This document shows positions 27,673 through 39,736 of a stretch of DNA of 64,000 nt, in pieces; positions within the stretch are counted from its first letter, which is position 1; the number at the start of each line of letters is the position of its first letter. A program made the translations under genes and the position numbers. A model generated the notes under the pieces. That model saw only the letters and a list, made by a program, of their open reading frames with translations. It was not told the origin of the DNA and did no database searches. The stretch is from an uncultured Verrucomicrobiae bacterium (GTDB lineage: Bacteria; Verrucomicrobiota; Verrucomicrobiia; Chthoniobacterales; JAFAMB01), in NCBI GenBank assembly GCA_963837955.1, contig CAWIPH010000002.1, positions 96,001 through 160,000 on the forward strand, given 5' to 3'.

Positions 27673-29856
27673 CTACTTATCCGATTCGACCATGATCTTT
27701 GTCGAGGCGGTGCGGCCTTGGTCATCTGTCGCTGCGAGCGTGTAGGTGCCGGGTCCTGGGGACCAGTAGAAAGTATCGCCGTGTTGAGCCGCGCCCAAGA
27801 ACGAGCGATTTGCGAACCAAAATAATTGCTTTACCTCGCTACCGGTTCGGGCACGCAACGCAATGACTCGTTCTGATTGTTTCTGCGTACCCTGCCAGCT
27901 CACGACCTTTGGCAGCGGTAAGATCTGCAGTTCGGTGTTCATCTCGTTCGAGCGGGTCGCTTTCCTGGGTAGTCCGACGGTCTCGAAAAATCGCTCCGCT
28001 TCACTGTCCCAGTTCTCTGAGCCCTCACCGCCGTGCAAATGACAGCGAGTGATCGGCGAAACGCCGGGAATCACCCATTCTTTCTTTGTGTGAGGACAGT
28101 GCGGTCCGGCTATACAACCTGATACGCTGCAGACGTCGATCTTCAGCAGGTTCGCTCCCGCCGGGGGCGACAGTGGTGTTGCTGTAATCTTTTTTTCTGC
28201 AGCTAGCTTGCTAGCGATTCGAAGAAAGAGCGGTACAGCGGCTGTTCGGCCAGTGAACGATGGATTAGCTCGACCGTTGAAGTTACCAATCCAAACCACC
28301 AACACATAACGCCCGATAACGCCGCAACACCAGGCGTCGTGGTATCCAGTCGAAGTGCCCGTCTTATACGGTAGATTGACCGACGGTGCCGCAGGTAAAT
28401 GGATTGCCGCTTCGCTCGCGGTCAACATGTCGAGCGTAATAAACGATGCTTCGGGCGACAACATCTGGAAGCCTTCCGTCTTTGGATCATCTAGAGACGT
28501 GCGGAGCGGTTTCACTCTCCCGTTGTTCACGAGTGCCGCGTACAGCTTTCCCAGATCTTGCATTGTCACATCCACGGTTCCGAGTACTGCAGAAAGGCCG
28601 TACGGGTTGTTAGCCTTCAGTCCACGGACTTCTGCCGCGGTGAGGAAACGGTATAGCGCATCTGACCCGAGACGAGCTGCGAGAGTAACGGCCGGCAGAT
28701 TGCGACTTCGAGCCAGAGCCAAGCGGGCCGGGATGGGTCCATCATAGCTGCCGTCGATGTTCTCTGGCAAATAGTTGCCGAAGCGAGCCGGGGCGTCGAA
28801 CAGAAGCGAAGAAGGATTAATTAGGCCATGCTCGATCGCCAGGCCGTAGACGAATGGTTTCAGAGTTGATCCGGGCGATCGAAACTGGCGGGTGCCGTCG
28901 TTCTGGCCTGCGATCGATTGGTTCCGAAATCCGCCCGAACCAACCGAAGCAAGTACTTCCATCGACTGAGAATCAATGAGCAGCGCTGCGGCATTATCGA
29001 TTCCAGCGCTAGCCCGATCACGCAAGTACTGCTGCAACTCTGTCTGGGTGGTCCTCTGCGCAATCGGATCAAGCGTCAGACGGAGATCCCCGTTTTTGCG
29101 CCCCAGAACAGCTTGAACGATATGCGGAGCGAGAAAGGGAAGCTCTTCGATCCGGCGGTAATGCAGCGGAAGATCGGCCAACGGATCATTCCAAGTGAGG
29201 CGATTCAGTCTTTCTCTGGCACGAAGCAACGATTCAGGATCAGCGCCATGAATCGGAGCGCGTTTTGCTGGGGATTGCGGAAGCACGGCCAAGGCGAGGA
29301 TCTCCTGTCTGCTTAGCTCTTTTGGCTTCTTGCCAAAATAGATCAGACTGGCTGCGCCAATGCCTTCGATGTTTCTCCCGTAGGGTGCGAGGTTGAAATA
29401 TGCCTCGAGTATTTCCGATTTTCGGTAGTGCCGTTCGATTTGCAGGGCGAGCAAAATCTGACGGAGCTTTCCGGGAATCGTCCGCGTATTGAGGTGATAA
29501 CGGAGCCGAGCGACCTGCATCGTCAGAGTCGACGCACCTGATCGCGGTCCTCCTATGACCAGTTCAGCCGCTGCCCGAAGCAAAGAGAACGGATTGACGC
29601 CGATGTGTTGCCAATAATTGCGGTCCTCCTGCGTCATCAATGCTTCAATGAAATCTGGAGATACCTCGTCCACACTGGTTCGAATTCGATATCGCTGGTC
29701 GCTCGCCGTCGTAAGCCTGAGTAGGCCGCCCTGTCGGTCACGGACCACCGAAGAGAAGGTGATACCGTCTACCAGCAGCGGCCGCGGAAGCAGGTACCAC
29801 CCACCGCCAACCAGAAGCAGGCTAATCGAAAGCAAGAGAGCGATCCGTCTTTTCAT
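27673..29856 (-). CDS. pbpC: Penicillin-binding protein 1C
   Basis: Transglycosylase motifs (EDR..W.H.GV, GASTLTMQVAR), transpeptidase STLK / SRN / KTG, C-terminal BiPBP domain; downstream of alpha-2-macroglobulin. Confidence 0.95.
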   Translation of the reverse strand: MKRRIALLLSISLLLVGGGWYLLPRPLLVDGITFSSVVRDRQGGLLRLTTASDQRYRIRTSVDEVSPDFIEALMTQEDRNYWQHIGVNPFSLLRAAAELVIGGPRSGASTLTMQVARLRYHLNTRTIPGKLRQILLALQIERHYRKSEILEAYFNLAPYGRNIEGIGAASLIYFGKKPKELSRQEILALAVLPQSPAKRAPIHGADPESLLRARERLNRLTWNDPLADLPLHYRRIEELPFLAPHIVQAVLGRKNGDLRLTLDPIAQRTTQTELQQYLRDRASAGIDNAAALLIDSQSMEVLASVGSGGFRNQSIAGQNDGTRQFRSPGSTLKPFVYGLAIEHGLINPSSLLFDAPARFGNYLPENIDGSYDGPIPARLALARSRNLPAVTLAARLGSDALYRFLTAAEVRGLKANNPYGLSAVLGTVDVTMQDLGKLYAALVNNGRVKPLRTSLDDPKTEGFQMLSPEASFITLDMLTASEAAIHLPAAPSVNLPYKTGTSTGYHDAWCCGVIGRYVLVVWIGNFNGRANPSFTGRTAAVPLFLRIASKLAAEKKITATPLSPPAGANLLKIDVCSVSGCIAGPHCPHTKKEWVIPGVSPITRCHLHGGEGSENWDSEAERFFETVGLPRKATRSNEMNTELQILPLPKVVSWQGTQKQSERVIALRARTGSEVKQLFWFANRSFLGAAQHGDTFYWSPGPGTYTLAATDDQGRTASTKIMVESDK

Positions 29857-32800
29857 TTCGCCTCCAGCACCCCAGTTTCTCCGACCGCCTGTACTGTCCG
29901 ATTGTACATAGCCTGAGCGCTTACCGGAGGTACGATGAGTTTGCCTGTAGCTGTCACTTTTGCCTGATACCGGATCTCCTTAACGGCTTTGCTTGCTGTT
30001 AGGTAGAGGATGACCCGGTCTTCACGCACATCAGAAAAGCTGGCACTTTCGCCCTCCAAATTTACGCCGCCATCTTCGTTCCGAACCACTTCAAAACCGC
30101 TCGGCAGCAAATCAACGATCGCAACATTTTCGACAGATGATCCTGTCGTGGAGCGGATTCGAATTCGGACATGAATTGTATCTCCGACATGGAGCGATCC
30201 GAGTTTTTCGCCCTTGTCGTTGACGTAATCTCGGCTCACTTCCAAGCCAGATTCTTTCGGAGCGATCGATTTTGGAAATCCGCTTTGGGTCACCTGGTAA
30301 TAACCCGGGGCTGAGTTTTGGGTTGATCCGATGGCGAACTTTAATTTGGAAGTCTCGGGCGGGAGGATGACGCTACTCGAGCCCTGCAGGGGCAAAGGTT
30401 TCCAGCCGTTACTCCATCCGCTGATTTGCAGGCTGGCTTTACTGGTTGGGAGCGCGGATTGGCAAGCGGCTAACGCTCTCAAACAATATGCTGCGGACAC
30501 CGTATTGAAATCGCCAGTCAGAAGCGGGCGGAAAGTTTGCTCGAACTGTTTACCCTGGATGTCGCGAAGCCTCGCCGGAAAATGGCGTGCTAAGATAGTT
30601 AGATATTGAGCGTCCTGCACGAGCGGACTTGACATTTCACTGCCAGAAGACTCGGGGTGTAGTCGGTAATAATTTATCCAATCGTTCGCTTCCCGCTGCT
30701 TCATCAGCAATTGAGCAGAAGCTGCCAGATAGACACCGGTCAGAGATTTCTTCCACTCGTCTGGGAATCGGCGATCGAGTTCGTCGTGCAGATTCACCAA
30801 TTCATTCGTCATCACGAGCTCTCGCCGGGTTAAGAGGTAGATTGCCTTCGCGGTGATCTCGGCATCTTTCAAAGAATCCGGCGTCTTGGCGGTCAGGCTC
30901 TTCAAGTAATCGATCGCCTTTTCGTCCATCTCGTGCGGCAGTTTGACGCCGGCTGTTTTAGCTTCCGCAAAAAACTCCATGACATAGATGGACATCTGAT
31001 CCGTGTCGTTGGATTCAACGCCGGGCCAATAGCTAAATCCCCCCTCGCTTCCCTGTCTCTCTCCGAGCGTTTTGAAATAACTCACAAAATTCGCATTGAG
31101 CTGAGAAACGGAGGGCGGTATTCCGCCTGGCTGTGTAGCCAGGAGATTGGCGAAAGCCTTGCTGGTCAGTTGCTCGGAACAATCGAATGGATAATTGTCG
31201 AGAAATTTTGCCAGTCCACTGACTAACACCGTCGGGGTAGTCGAAAGCGCGGCCGACCTCGTCAAATATTGGGGATAGAATTGTTGGTTTAGTTCGATCT
31301 CTTTCTCGCCGGCCTCCATTTTCCCGTTTTCGATCAGGGTCAATCGCGGGGTGGCTGGGCGGACGCTTAGCGTGCGCTTTCGCTGTACCGTTTCTTCGGG
31401 CAACTTCGCGGTAAACCGGAGTACGGCGTTGCCCAACGGTTCATTCACGCGAATTGGCCAACGTAGCGTTGTGCTGCCATTTTTAACCAAGTGGATGTGT
31501 TGAGTGGAATCACCGGAGCTCTTCAGCCCGCCTTCGGTCTCCAGTCGTACCTCGGTGTCAATCTGGTCTTCGCTGGCGTTCGTTAGGCTGGTGGTAGCGA
31601 TAAATTCGTCACCTGGAATTACTGCCAGAGGAGCCTGCGGAGTGATGATGAGCGGTCCGTGAATTGCGGCGTCTGCCTGAGCTGAACCTTCTCCATCGAT
31701 AGTGTCCGCGACCGCCATTACTCGGACACTGCCATCAAAGAAATCTGGAATGGTGTAAGTGACTTCCTGCCCTTGCTGCCCGACGTGAATGACCCCAGAC
31801 CAGAAGACGACCGGTTTCTCCGTCACTCTAGAGAACGGATTCAGATTCTTGGCGACATGCTCATCCCCACCGCCCGGAGCGGAATGCGACCTCAAGCGGG
31901 AGTATTCCGGAAGCAGTGAGTCAAGCGCTTGGTGAGTTAAAACCTCCAATTGCCGCTTCCGGAAGAGCCAACCAAGCGGATCCGGCAGTTCATAGTCGCT
32001 AACCTGAAGAATGCCGATGTCCACGGCGTAAACCGCCACGTTGCAGTCGCGATCGGCCTTGATCCTGATAGTCAATTTGTCGCCGGGCTTCGCCTTCCTG
32101 GGTACCTCGAGCGAAAGATTGATTTTGCGCTGCGGCGGTATCGCTTGAAATGGAGCGACCGCATAGCTCAACGGCGTTGTGTAGATTTCGGAAGAGTTCA
32201 GACTGCGAACGAAACTGACGTTCACATATCCGGAGCCTTCAAAGTCCTTCGGAATTTCGATCGTCTGGACAGAGGTGCGGGTATTCGCACGGAACCATTT
32301 CCAGGCGAAAACGCGATTTCGCTCAATCGTAATTAAACCATATCCTTCAAACGGCGCTTCGACGCTCATCTCTAAACTATCACCAGGTGCGATCTTGTTG
32401 TTGGTGAGAACCAGCCGCAATTCGCCATCGTGATCGAGAGCGACAGCTTCCGACTTTGCGCCGGCGACGGTGTAATCCGTGGCAAACAGTTTTTGCCCAT
32501 CTTCGCCAACAATTTCCAATCGGAAATTGCCGACTTGGTTTGTCGGCAGAACGTATGTGGTAGCTTGAGTCGCCAGGGAGAATGGCTCGTCGCTGAAGGT
32601 ATTTTCACGAAGCACAGGTTCGTACTTGTAGGTGCCGTTATCCTGGCGAGTAAGTACCGGTTCTTTTCGCTTTTCGATAATACGCAGACGAGCGCCAGGG
32701 ACAGCGACCGGTTCGGCTGAGCGATTCACCGCCAGGAGATCGATCGAGGCAGGCTGTTGAAAAGGCAGAAAAGTTAATTTCGAGTCGGTTCGATAACCGA

Positions 32801-35544
32801 CCACAAATTCACGGTCGGAGACGATGAATCCGACGCTGGTGTGAACACTTCGGCCGCCGTCCGCTTCGAAGCCTTCGACATTCAGATCGACCCGGTAGCA
32901 GGCGTTGGCGTATTTGCTCAGGTCTGCGTTTACTTTGGCGTCGCCGTTCTCGTCTGTCTTAACGTCCTCAAGCTCTTGTTCCTCGTTGTAGTCAGGATGA
33001 GCTCGCCTCGTAGTTCGACGGATTGTAGAAGTTGAAATCCTTCCAGCGGGCTATTTTGAATCCGCCTGGATTTATTTTTTGCTTGGCGCTGACTTTGTTA
33101 CCCACTGCCGGAGTGCCGAAAAGGTTTTCCAGGTGGACATTGACCGCGAGTTCGTTCGGGGACACCCAGGCATGATTCTCTGCGCCTGTTCCGACCGCCG
33201 AGATCTTCATCCGATCGGGTTGAAAATCTTCTACGTGAAAGTAGTAATCGGCGACTGAGCTCTCGTCTTTGGTGTCCAGCTGGACTGCGAGATGGTACTC
33301 GCCCGTGGAAGCGGTTTCGGGTAAATCGAATATTGTTTCGCCGAACCCGCTTACATGAACCTTCTCGACTCCGACCGATGTGTCGCTGGAGTCACGCAGA
33401 TCGACTGACAACGGAACCGGACCGACTGCGTCTTTCGGCGATTTCACAATCAAACCGACGTGGACGGTTTCGCCGGGTCGATAAATGCCTCGATCAGTGA
33501 ACGGAAAGACCTCGACACTCTGCTCGTCAGGGGAGGTTTCGCCAGTTATATCAAAGCGCGAGAAATCGAGCGCGTTATCGTCTCGTTCGTAAGCCAGAAA
33601 AGAGAGGTCGTCCCCTAATTGGGCGACGATCGCTACCGGTTTTCGTTCCGTCCCACTTTGGTCTGCTTCCTTTTCATCCGTTTCCTTTTCATCAAGGACC
33701 GGAGCATGGACATGCCCGTCATTGTCGGTAGTACCCTCGAACAGCGACGTTCCATTCTTCGCCAGAACGGAGACATGAACGCCGGCTACGGGCATCTGAT
33801 TCTTCAATGAAGCAACAAATATTTCGCGGCTACGGTCGGAGTTTTTCTTCGCTATAATTCCGAGATCAGTGACCAACACAAAGCGCGTTTCAGTGTGCGC
33901 CTTTACCGATTCATGGGTAGTCGGATCGATAGCCCGGGGACGAATAAAGAAGAGGCCGTATTGCAGTTTGCCGTCGCTCTCCAAGTACGGGTCCAATTTG
34001 AGCGAGGTGTATTTGGCTACGCCGCTCCCTTCGTCAGCAATCTGTCGCGTTGGCCGGCTAATGACGCTGATGTTGTGCTCGTCGAAGTTGTCGCCGACGA
34101 ACTCCGGCTTATCGAATGCGCCCGAGGTCTGACTGATTAGGTGGTGGATTTGGTTCGGCAGAACCTTGGCAATCTCGAACTCGATGCATTGAACGCCTCG
34201 GGAGACGACCGATAGCGTGCGCTCGCCGTTCAAGGCAAGCAGGCCGCCTGCTCCTTCGATAGCGATCTCTTCCGGCAAAGGATTGACGCTGACGATTTGC
34301 CCATAATCGTCCGACAAAAGGTATCCACCGACTGCGGGCGTTTCTTTAGCGATCCGGACGTAGAGCTGGCCCCCTTTGCTCAGCAAACATCGGAAGAGAT
34401 GTTCCTTGGAGAACTGTTCTTTCTCTGCCACCGGAGTGACCGGCAGCTTTTGGGCGCTTTTGAGCGTCTCTTCGGTGATTTCATTAGCACTCGTCCAAGG
34501 CCGAACCGAATCGTTGCTGGCATTCTTCCGTTCCGGCAGCAACCAGATCTGCAGGGCCGCGGCGATATCGGACGACTTGGTGTTTACGCTGGTGGCGACC
34601 TCCAAAATCTGTTCCGAATCGCCGTTCTGGCGGCGAGCAATCGACACTTTTACTCCGTCGATGTGAAGGAAACTGTAGCGATCCGGCACAGTGACTTTGG
34701 CGATCTCGTCCTTCTCGGTCACCGACTTTCCGGTGTTGCTAGGCAAGCCCTGATGAACGGCCAGCCGCACGTAATCCGGGCGCTCCGGTAACTTGATATT
34801 GGCCGAATGCAGAAAAAACCGGCGTTGGTGGAGGTTCGGAGTAAGCTCGAATTCTTGATTCTTCTCGAAGAGATCCGAACCACCCAGCACATCAATCGAG
34901 ACTTGTTTGCGAAGAAGATCGGTAGTGACCGGAAAGGTCGTTTCGATAGTGGCAACGATCTGTCGCTTGTTCGTGTCGACCGGGTCCTGATAAAACTGCG
35001 CCTGAACGATCTTCACGTCGAGCGCGCTGGTCTTAAACTCTATATCGTTCTTTTCCAATCGAATCATCTTCGACAGTTCCTCGCTGGGCAGAGAGACGCG
35101 ATAAGTGGTGTTGGCCGGCCAATCCGCCGCTGGTTGGAACGTGAGAGTGCGATCTGTCGTCCACTTCCATTCTCCCGAGTGACTTGGTGTCATCACCAGC
35201 TGGACGGCTGTTCCAACCTTGCCCAGGGGAGCGGCCGATTTTACGAATTCGATCGACGCCGGCTGTGGGTGTAGATCTGGCTGAAGCGGCGTAATTGCCG
35301 GGGCATGAACGGTGAAGGTGCTGAAAGTTGGTTTTGGTTGGCTCCCGAGCACATAGAGCCAGAATGCTCCTGCAACCGCGGCAACCAGGAAGCCGGCAGT
35401 GATCCACCGATGACGGTCGAGAGTTTTTGCCGCCCGTTGACACCAGGCCGGGGGATGCCAGGAAATCTCGCCAATTAAAGGGACGAGGATGGCGCCGAAA
35501 AACCGGCGAGTGATATTCAAAATATAGGTGAAGGCACTTTGCAT
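29853..35544 (-). CDS. yfhM: Bacterial alpha-2-macroglobulin (single-base frameshift near 33000)
   Basis: FTDRGIYRPGETV, VEDFQPDRM, thioester-like YPFDCSEQ, DLLPSGFE. The gap 32804-33000 is open in the downstream frame (HPDYNEEQELEDVKTDENGDA...EADGGRSV). Confidence 0.9.
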
Positions 35545-35601
35545 AAATTGTTGGCTTCATCATCAAGTACGGGGACTCGGGGATGATTCTTTCAGAAATG
35601 A

Positions 35602-35951
35602 GTAGCCTGATGCTCCAGCCTCAGAGGCGTGTTGGTGATTAGTGAGAGGTGATTGGTGGGTGCCTATCGGCCCGATCGGTAGGGCGAAAACCTCGGCGCC
35701 CCGGAAGCGTTTCGATTTTCTTTTGCGTGGATCGCGCCGGGTTTGAGCCGCCCGTTGCATCAATCTGTGTTGCGTCTTTTTCCTTGCGTTCCCCAGTCGG
35801 ACAGGCACGAACGGCTCAAGCCGGTCCGGCTGATACCGTACCAAGCTTTCGCCCTACCGATCAGGCCAATAGGCATACCGTTCACCAATCACTTCTCACC
35901 ATCGTTGAGGCCCTGAGGCTGGAGCATCAGGCTAGGTGGAGATCAGGCTAC
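35602..35951. mobile_element. Three-layer nested palindromic element (REP arms / heptamers / TAGGGCGAA MITE copy 2)
   Basis: Outer gtagcctgatgctccagcctcag ... ctgaggctggagcatcaggcta; middle gtgagaggtgattggtg ... caccaatcacttctcac; inner tgcctatcggcccgatcggtagggcgaaa ... tttcgccctaccgatcaggccaataggca. Confidence 0.88.
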
Positions 35952-36014
35952 GCGGAGGTACCGATCGTTCCGTCCTTCTTTTCCGTGGGAGAATGCGGTA
36001 GCATCGGGGCCGTT

Positions 36015-36629
36015 ATGCAGGAACGGTTCCTAGCTACTCGACGCTCGCTGCTGCACCGATTGCGGAATTTAGACGATCGAGCGGGTTGGCAGGAATTTTT
36101 TGAAACCTATTGGCGTCTGATTCATGCAGTCGCCAAGCGGTCTGGATTGGATGAATTCGAAGCGGAAGAAGTGGTCCAAGAAACGGTGATCTCGGTCGCG
36201 CGAAAAATCCCCGAGTTTCGCTATGATCCTAGCATTGGTTCGTTTCGGGGCTGGCTGCTGACCATTGCTCGCTGGCGAATCGCGGATCAATTTAGAAAAC
36301 GAAATACGGAAGAGTCGGCAACTTCCGACCAAATCGCAGACTTAGCGACAGCCAACTTCGAGAGCATTTGGGCGGAGGAATGGGAAAGACATCTCCTCAG
36401 CGGCGCGCTGGCAATCCTGAAACGTAAAGTGAGCTCCGAGCAATTTCAGCTCTTCGAGTGCTATGTGATCAAAGGCTGGTCCCCCCAAAAAGTGGCAGAG
36501 GCACTCGGGGTCCGGATCAACTCGGTTTATCTTGCCAAAAACCGTCTTTCACCCATCCTGCAGGAAATTGTCGCCCGAATCGAAAAGGGGGAGTACCAAC
36601 TTGGGAGTGCCGCAGATACCGGATCATGA
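36015..36629 (+). CDS. ECF sigma factor, Ser/Thr-kinase-associated type
   Basis: TRRSLL.RL...DD..GW.EF...Y, EAEEVVQET, GSFRGWL, VAEALG...NSVY.AKNR. The ORF-track extension to 35649 is repeat DNA. Confidence 0.9.
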   Translation: MQERFLATRRSLLHRLRNLDDRAGWQEFFETYWRLIHAVAKRSGLDEFEAEEVVQETVISVARKIPEFRYDPSIGSFRGWLLTIARWRIADQFRKRNTEESATSDQIADLATANFESIWAEEWERHLLSGALAILKRKVSSEQFQLFECYVIKGWSPQKVAEALGVRINSVYLAKNRLSPILQEIVARIEKGEYQLGSAADTGS

Positions 36630-39490
36630 TTTGATCCGATCGATTGGGCGCGGAGCCTACGGCGAAATCTGGCTGGCCACGACTCTGACCGGAGCGTTTC
36701 GAGCGGTGAAGGTCTTGTTTCCTGACGCGGAAACCAGCTACCGGGAGTTCGACGGGCTGCGAACCTTTGAGCCGATTTCGCGAAATCATCCTGGTTTTGT
36801 TAACATTTACCACGTCGGGCGAGGTGACGGGTTCCTTTATTATACGATGGAGCCAGCGGACGATTGCGTCAGCGGTCAACAGATCGATCAACTGAACTAT
36901 CGGCCTCGGACACTGGCCAGCGATTTACAGCACGGACCGCCGTTTGCCGGCCGAGCGTTGCATCGAACTCGGCATCATTCTAGGCGATGCGCTTGGTTAC
37001 ATGCACGAACGGAAACTAACCCATCGTGACATCAAGCCTTCCAATGTCATTTTCGTAAATGGACAACCAAAGTTAGCCGATATCGGCTTGGTCGCAGCGG
37101 CAGGCCGTCGAACCTATGTGGGAACGGAGGGATATGTTCCACCGGAAGGACCCGGCTCGCCGGATGCCGATGTCTACGCGCTCGGCAAGGTTTTGTACGA
37201 GGCGGCTACTGGAAAGGATCGTCTCGATTTTCCGGAGATTCCCACAAATCTGCCCGAATTACCGGACAGAGAGAAGGTCGTAGCGCTCAACTCGGTGCTT
37301 TTGAAGGCCTGCGCCCGGGAATCGAAGCAACGGTTCGCGTCCGCGAGTCAATTCGTGCAAGCGCTTCGCTCGATCGAAAGTCAACCGGTTGCAAAACCTC
37401 GCAACCGAATTGGGCATCCGGGCGTGCTTGTTGCCGCGGTTCTCGGTGCCTTGGCGCTGATTAGTTTGCCGGTTTGGGTGCATCCGCCTCAACCGAATCC
37501 GCCCGTGACTCCCACGCCGGCGCCAACTATCGCGCGGTTGCCGACAGCTACGCCGCTACCAACTCCAGAGAAGCTCAAGACTGGTGTCGTGCAGATCGAG
37601 AGCAACCCGACCGGTGCGCAAGTCTGGAGCGGTGAAAAACTTCTTGGTGTAACGCCACTTCTGTTATCCGAAATGCCAATCGGCCCAGTCAGGTTCCAAC
37701 TGAAACTCCAACGATACCTCTACAGCGAAGTCAGCGGTCAGCTTGAACCTGACCAGACTCTGCCGCTCTCAGACGATCTGCAGATCGCGAAGGCGCCGGT
37801 GAGCGGCCGCGCCTGGACCAACACCATCGGAATGAAATTCGTTCCGGTTGGCGATCTGTTATTTGCAATCTGGGATACGCGTATCCGGGATTTCGCAGAA
37901 TTCGTGCACGATACGAGCTACCAGCTTACAGGGCCCATGGAAAGTATCTCGGGTGGCGTGCAAGGCCAACACGGCAAGACTTGGGATGATCCAGGGTTTG
38001 CCCAGACACAAGATCATCCAGTGGTTGGAGTCAGCTGGAAAGACGCGATGGAATTCTGCTCCTGGTTAACTCAAAAGGAACGCAATATCGGGCTGCTCCA
38101 AGAAGGACAATATTATCGGCTGCCGACAGATCAGGAATGGAGCCGGGCGGCAGGCATCGAGCACGAGGAAGGCTCAACTCCGGAGGAGCGTTCCGGACAC
38201 CCGCTCGATCTATATCCGTGGGGGAATGGTTTTCCGCCGCCAGCCGGAGCCGGCAACTATGCCGGGTCCGAAATGCGGGGAGCCGATTGGCCGGCCAACT
38301 GGCGATTCATCCAAAATTACAGCGACGGATTCACTCGAACCTCTCCGGTCGGATCCTTCAAGCCGAACGCAATCGGGATATACGATCTCGGCGGAAATGT
38401 TTGGCAATGGTGCATGGACAAATTCTCTTCCAACGGAGATTCGCGGGTTTTACGCGGCGCGTCCTGGGCGAACGCAGATCCTGCTCTGCTCAAGACAAAT
38501 CGCCGGATCGATGATTTGGTAGATAGCCGGACTGATTGCTATGGTTTTCGCTGCGTTCTGCAGACTCCGGTTTACGGTATCGCTACGATTCGATCGGAAC
38601 CAAATGGGGCGATGGTGACATTGAACGGAAAAGAGGTGGGACGCACGCCGCTCGTACTAGAAAACGTTGCCCCCGGTCCGGCAAAGTTCGAGGTACGGCT
38701 GAATGGCTACAAGACGGAATTCGTCGACCGGAATATTGAAGCGCGCCAAGATCTGGATCTGCCGCTTTTTAAGTTAGTGCCGGTGCAATGGCCGGCGCAC
38801 GATCAGCCATGGACGAATTCGCTCGGGATGAAGTTTGTTTCAGTCGAACGTCTACTGGTTTCGGTCTGGGATACCCGCGTCTCGGATTTCCGGAGTTATT
38901 GCCGCGCTGTGAATCGTGGTATGCCGGTCCCCGGTTTTGCCCAAGCTGAGGACGAGCCGGTCGTGCTAATCAACCGATCCGATGCGGAAGGATTCTGCGA
39001 CTGGCTAACTCAAAAGGAACGCGCGGAGGGACTGATTCGTCCTAATGATCAATATCGGTTACCGAAGGATGTTGAGTGGAGTCAGTTTGCAGGCTTGCTC
39101 GAGGAGCGAGGTTTATCTCCCGCAGCGCGCGATTCCCGAGATCAAAAACGTTATCCTTGGGGCGAAAATTGGCCTCCGCCATCTGATGTGGGCAATCTTG
39201 GGAATCCACCAGACCTACGCAACGTAAAGCGCCGTTATCCGCACACTTCTCCGGTAGGCGCCTTTCCGCCAAACCAATTCGGGATTTACGACTTCACCGG
39301 AAATGTTTGGCAATGGTGCTCCGACGCTTACGGCGGATCCAGTACGTTCGCCAGCTTCGGCGTATTACGCGGTGGATCCTGGAACACCTATGGAGTGCGA
39401 CTGTTGCTGACTTCGTATCGAAACGTGGTTGCTCCCAGCGACCGTGATCCGACCTATGGTTTTCGGTGTGTTCTCGAATTGGGAGAGTAG
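36607..39490 (+). CDS. Ser/Thr protein kinase - TM - (PEGA + FGE-sulfatase/SUMF1) x2; frameshift near 36940
   Basis: IGRGAYGEIW and RAVK in the first frame. HRDIKPSN, ADIGL, GTEGYVPPE, a TM helix and two ESNP.GA/LG.TPL + YRLP...EW...GNVWQWC...LRG.SW...YGFRCVL modules in the second. Confidence 0.88.
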
Positions 39491-39736
39491 CGAGCTGAAA
39501 ATACGGGATATCAGAACATAGGAGCCGGGATTGGAAGCGGTTCGGCGTCTCGCGCTTGGGTCAAAAGGCTGATACCTGGTTCTCCGCCCCGGAGGGGCCC
39601 GACGAAAGTAGCCCAGCAGTTTATTGCTGGGTAAAGGTTATAAAACGGGTCCGTCCCGCACGGGACGATCGAACCACCGCATGGGCTTGTAAGGTCACAT
39701 TGGAAGCCAATAACTGAACGTTTCGATCGTCCCTGG

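Noticed and set aside
32950..33050. Programmed frameshift or natural split of alpha-2-macroglobulin
   Set aside because: No slippery heptamer or homopolymer at the site and no good start for the downstream half; similar indels occur throughout the window.
27673..35544. alpha-2-macroglobulin/pbpC pair as a novel system
   Set aside because: A well-known conserved gene pair.
35649..36014. N-terminal extensions in the ORF track (ECF from 35649, afr from 49078, vapB from 7447, oxidoreductase from 11077)
   Set aside because: The extensions run through repeat or promoter DNA; family homology starts at the downstream start codons.
36607..39490. Diversity-generating retroelement (FGE/CLec-fold domains plus an Avd-like four-helix protein at 81-494)
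   Set aside because: No reverse transcriptase in the window and no near-identical template repeat with adenine-specific mismatches. The two FGE ends differ at all base types.
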